Source: Acidobacteriota bacterium (GTDB lineage: Bacteria > Acidobacteriota > UBA890 > WLXD01). From it: 64,000 nt of DNA. The stretch is from positions 1,664,001 to 1,728,000 of the forward strand of contig CAXWPH010000015.1 in assembly GCA_963666055.2 (NCBI GenBank). Reading direction: 5' to 3'. The notes beneath the pieces are model-generated. The model was not told where the DNA came from. It did not search any database and saw only the letters and a program-made list of their open reading frames with translations. Made by a program: the position numbers and the translations under genes. Shown here one piece after another: positions 61,479 through 64,000 of the stretch; the stretch's first letter is position 1; each line of letters starts with the position of its first letter.

Positions 61479-62399
61479 ATGCCGCTTTTCACGCTTCATG
61501 AGGCGAAGCTGGAGAGAGTCGGACAGTCCAATTTCCGAACTGAGAAGGAACTCCAGGGGCTGATCGAGGCCAACCTCGACGAGGTGTTCAAGTGCCGGCT
61601 CGTCGCCACCGAGTTCAGCACCGGTGCCCAACACGCCGGGCGCATCGATACACTGGCGCTCTCCGAGGAGAGTCACCCGGTGATTCTGGAGTACAAGAAG
61701 ATCGAGTCCTCGAGCCTCATCAATCAGGGCCTTTTCTATCTGGCGTGGCTTCACGATCACCGCGGTGACTTCGAGGTGGCAGCCCGGAGCGCGATCGGTG
61801 ATGTCGAGATTGACTGGTCTTCGGTGCGGGTGATCTGCATCGCACCGACCTTCCAGAAGTACGACCTATATGCGGCTCAGGTCATGGGGGCTAATCTCGA
61901 GTTATGGACGTACCGGTTGTTCGAGAATCAGTCGCTGTATCTAGAAGAGGTACTCCGGTCATCACTGGACTCCACCACGCCGGACACCCCGTCTGCGGGG
62001 CTTACAGCTGGCCAGAAGGCCGCCATCACTCGACAGACCGGCAGCTACACCTTCGAAGAGCATGTCGCCGGCAAACCGGCCCACATCCGAGAGATTGCTC
62101 TCTCCGCCCAGGAGTTCATCCTCTCGCTTGATCCGTCGATCCAGGAGGCCCCGAAGAAGTTCTACGTAGCGTACAAAGCGACTCAGAACATCGTCTGTAT
62201 GGACATTCAAAAGAAGCAGGTCCTGCTGTTCCTCAAGCTCGATCCGAAGGAGACGCAAGGGCCGTCTCCCATCTTCAAAGACCTCTCTGAGGTGGGGCAC
62301 TACGGCACGGGCGATTTCGGCCTCTATGTGAAGACCGTGGAGGAGTTCGACACCGCCAAGCCGTTCATCGAGATGGCGTATCAAAGAATCGGCGGCTAG
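61479..62399 (+). CDS. NucS/DUF91-like PD-(D/E)XK endonuclease with DUF5655-like C-terminal domain
   Basis: EKELQ, GRIDTLAL...ILEYK, NQGLFYL; C-terminal KKFYVAYK...VGHYGTGD. Confidence 0.8.
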   Translation: MPLFTLHEAKLERVGQSNFRTEKELQGLIEANLDEVFKCRLVATEFSTGAQHAGRIDTLALSEESHPVILEYKKIESSSLINQGLFYLAWLHDHRGDFEVAARSAIGDVEIDWSSVRVICIAPTFQKYDLYAAQVMGANLELWTYRLFENQSLYLEEVLRSSLDSTTPDTPSAGLTAGQKAAITRQTGSYTFEEHVAGKPAHIREIALSAQEFILSLDPSIQEAPKKFYVAYKATQNIVCMDIQKKQVLLFLKLDPKETQGPSPIFKDLSEVGHYGTGDFGLYVKTVEEFDTAKPFIEMAYQRIGG

Positions 62400-63292
62400 C
62401 GCTCGCAGAGCTTGGCGACCCGAAACCGCGCCAAAGCAAGAACCGTCGTGGGGAAATGCCTACGACTCCCAGCATCACCTGGTTTCGCAAATGAAATGGC
62501 TGAGGGACGGATATCTATCACCCCCGGGTCCCCAGCCGGCGGGGGGGGGGGGCATAGTGGCCGATGATCGCCTCGACGTGAGTCCGTCTGGGAAGGCGGA
62601 CGGACGGGCGGACCTTGGCCAAGTCGGGGACAAGTCCATGATGGACAATGGATGGACAATGGCACGTTGAGCCACCTTTGGGTGCGCGGGGCGCTCGGGC
62701 GTTGCGGCGCAAAGGGTTTCCGGCGGACGAACCTCCCTATCTTTGGGTACTCGCGTCCCACCTTGAAGGAATCGACTGGCTGTCGACCGAACGCGTTTCG
62801 GCGGGGGGAGTCCGACTGTAGCCCAGATCCCTAGACGTCCTGGGGACCCGAGCGGCCCCCCCCCCCCCCCGGGGGGGGGGGGCGTTGTAGTGGATGTTTG
62901 AGGGCGGGCTCAGTCGGACGTCGCCGGCGTCGACCTCGAGGGCTCGGCCGCAGTCTGCGCCGGCCGCAACGGTCGTCGTCGCTCGTGCTCCACCGGCAGC
63001 AGCTTCGCCGCCATCTCAAGCAGCGCCTGGACAGACCCGTATACGCGTGCTCAGCCGTTGGGCCGACGCCGCAAGGTTCCACCCTGCCACCCCCGTCGCC
63101 TCGCGGCGACCGCCGCGGCTCCTTTTCGTCGGTCGTATCCATATCGGCGAAAAGAATCTCGGGATGCTCGCCGAGGTCAGTCGGCGGCCTGCGTAGCCCT
63201 GGACAGGGGGCCAGAGAGCCCTGTCGCGGCTCCGTGGCCTTCCTGGCGCCGCTGCTACGATTGCCTGAGCGTCTCCGGCTCCAGACGGAGCC

Positions 63293-63667
63293 TTATCCGG
63301 CCGTTCCGCGAGCCGTGCGCAGCAGGGCCAGCGCGTAGACAATCCCGATCGCCGGAACCACCGAAAATGTCAGCGCAAGCTCCCAATCTCCCCGCACTCT
63401 GCCCGCGGCCATCAGTTGCGCAAAGCCTAGGTCGGCGATCACGTTCGCCATCAGGAGCGCCACTAGGGCGAGGATCGTCGTCGTGGTGAGGCGGGGCCGC
63501 AACACAAGCAGAAGCACTCCCGCAGCGCCAAGAGGGTGAAGGAGGATCAGCAGCAACCGTTGCCAAACGTCTCCGCCGTTCGCGAATGCTCCAACCAGGG
63601 CCGTGAATCCTGCGAACACCGCGTGAATCACGGCGAGCACCGTCACTAAAATCCGGAAGCTGGTCAT
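63293..63667 (-). CDS. 4-TM membrane protein, copy 2
   Basis: Paralog of 54685-55059, same length. Confidence 0.7.
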   Translation of the reverse strand: MTSFRILVTVLAVIHAVFAGFTALVGAFANGGDVWQRLLLILLHPLGAAGVLLLVLRPRLTTTTILALVALLMANVIADLGFAQLMAAGRVRGDWELALTFSVVPAIGIVYALALLRTARGTAG

Positions 63668-63874
63668 GGAGATATGATAGGCCCCTGCTGGGGATCTATC
63701 CAGATCCTCTGGCCGAGCCGTACCGCCTTGACGTCGCCCTCTGCAGCCCGTGCCACGAACGAAGCATTGCTCCGCTCCATACCGGCCCGCTTGAGGCGCG
63801 TGCTGAAGCTGTTGAACTGGACCGTGCTCGATCCCGGCCGCCGGCAGTCGTCCGATCCCGGCATCAGTCTCGGA
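63304..63874 (-). repeat. ~570-bp inverted repeat, copy 2
   Basis: Reverse complement of 54477-55048. Confidence 0.95.
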
Positions 63875-64000
63875 CCACATCATCTACGCCGCCGACCGGT
63901 AACGAGACGCGAAGGACCTGCTGGGACTGACACTCTGATGACGCTGATCGCGATGTTTCTGCTGCCGGGATGGGTTCTTGGATGCGCCAGCACGGCACCA

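Noticed and set aside
62900-63290. Gene remnant left of inverted repeat copy 2
   Set aside because: Coding-like fragments but no motif I can assign
54477-63874. Integron cassette array or composite transposon
   Set aside because: No intI, no convincing attC sites, and the flanking repeats encode no transposase
63938-64000. Possible lipoprotein start (MTLIAMFLLPGWVLGC)
   Set aside because: Only 21 codons before the window edge; insufficient support

Overview
High-GC bacterial window (organism not identifiable from sequence alone; gene content is compatible with an Acidobacteria/PVC-like marine lineage, which is an inference). It has two halves. (1) 1-~39.6 kb, core-like: a tightly packed 12-gene minus-strand operon of unknown function (Fe-ADH, two PQQ-like beta-propellers, HemN-like radical SAM, TonB receptor, flavin halogenase-like enzyme, DUF3311+Na:solute symporter, GT4, thioesterase, ABC exporter); GNAT plus two PhzF-family genes; an orphan pilin; a tryptophan/anthranilate catabolic cluster (kynA, kynU, creatininase-family, SDR, RidA, enoyl-CoA hydratase, and a deletion scar of a CoA ligase); a triple-adaptor efflux operon; several secreted hydrolases; map. 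One CTAG-ended MITE family occurs as a full 279-bp copy and about five remnants, several at stop codons and one at a frameshift. (2) ~39.7-64 kb, a decayed accessory island with phage-satellite features: an att-arm-like segment with an IHF site, two divergent primase/helicase modules with origin-like inverted repeats, an AlpA/Xis-like gene, two cos-like+HNH units, IS3 elements, a Tat molybdoenzyme cargo, nuclease genes and remnants, a tandem-HTH protein and a 570-bp inverted duplication. No rRNA, tRNA or CRISPR array was seen. All family assignments come from motif recognition, not database searches.
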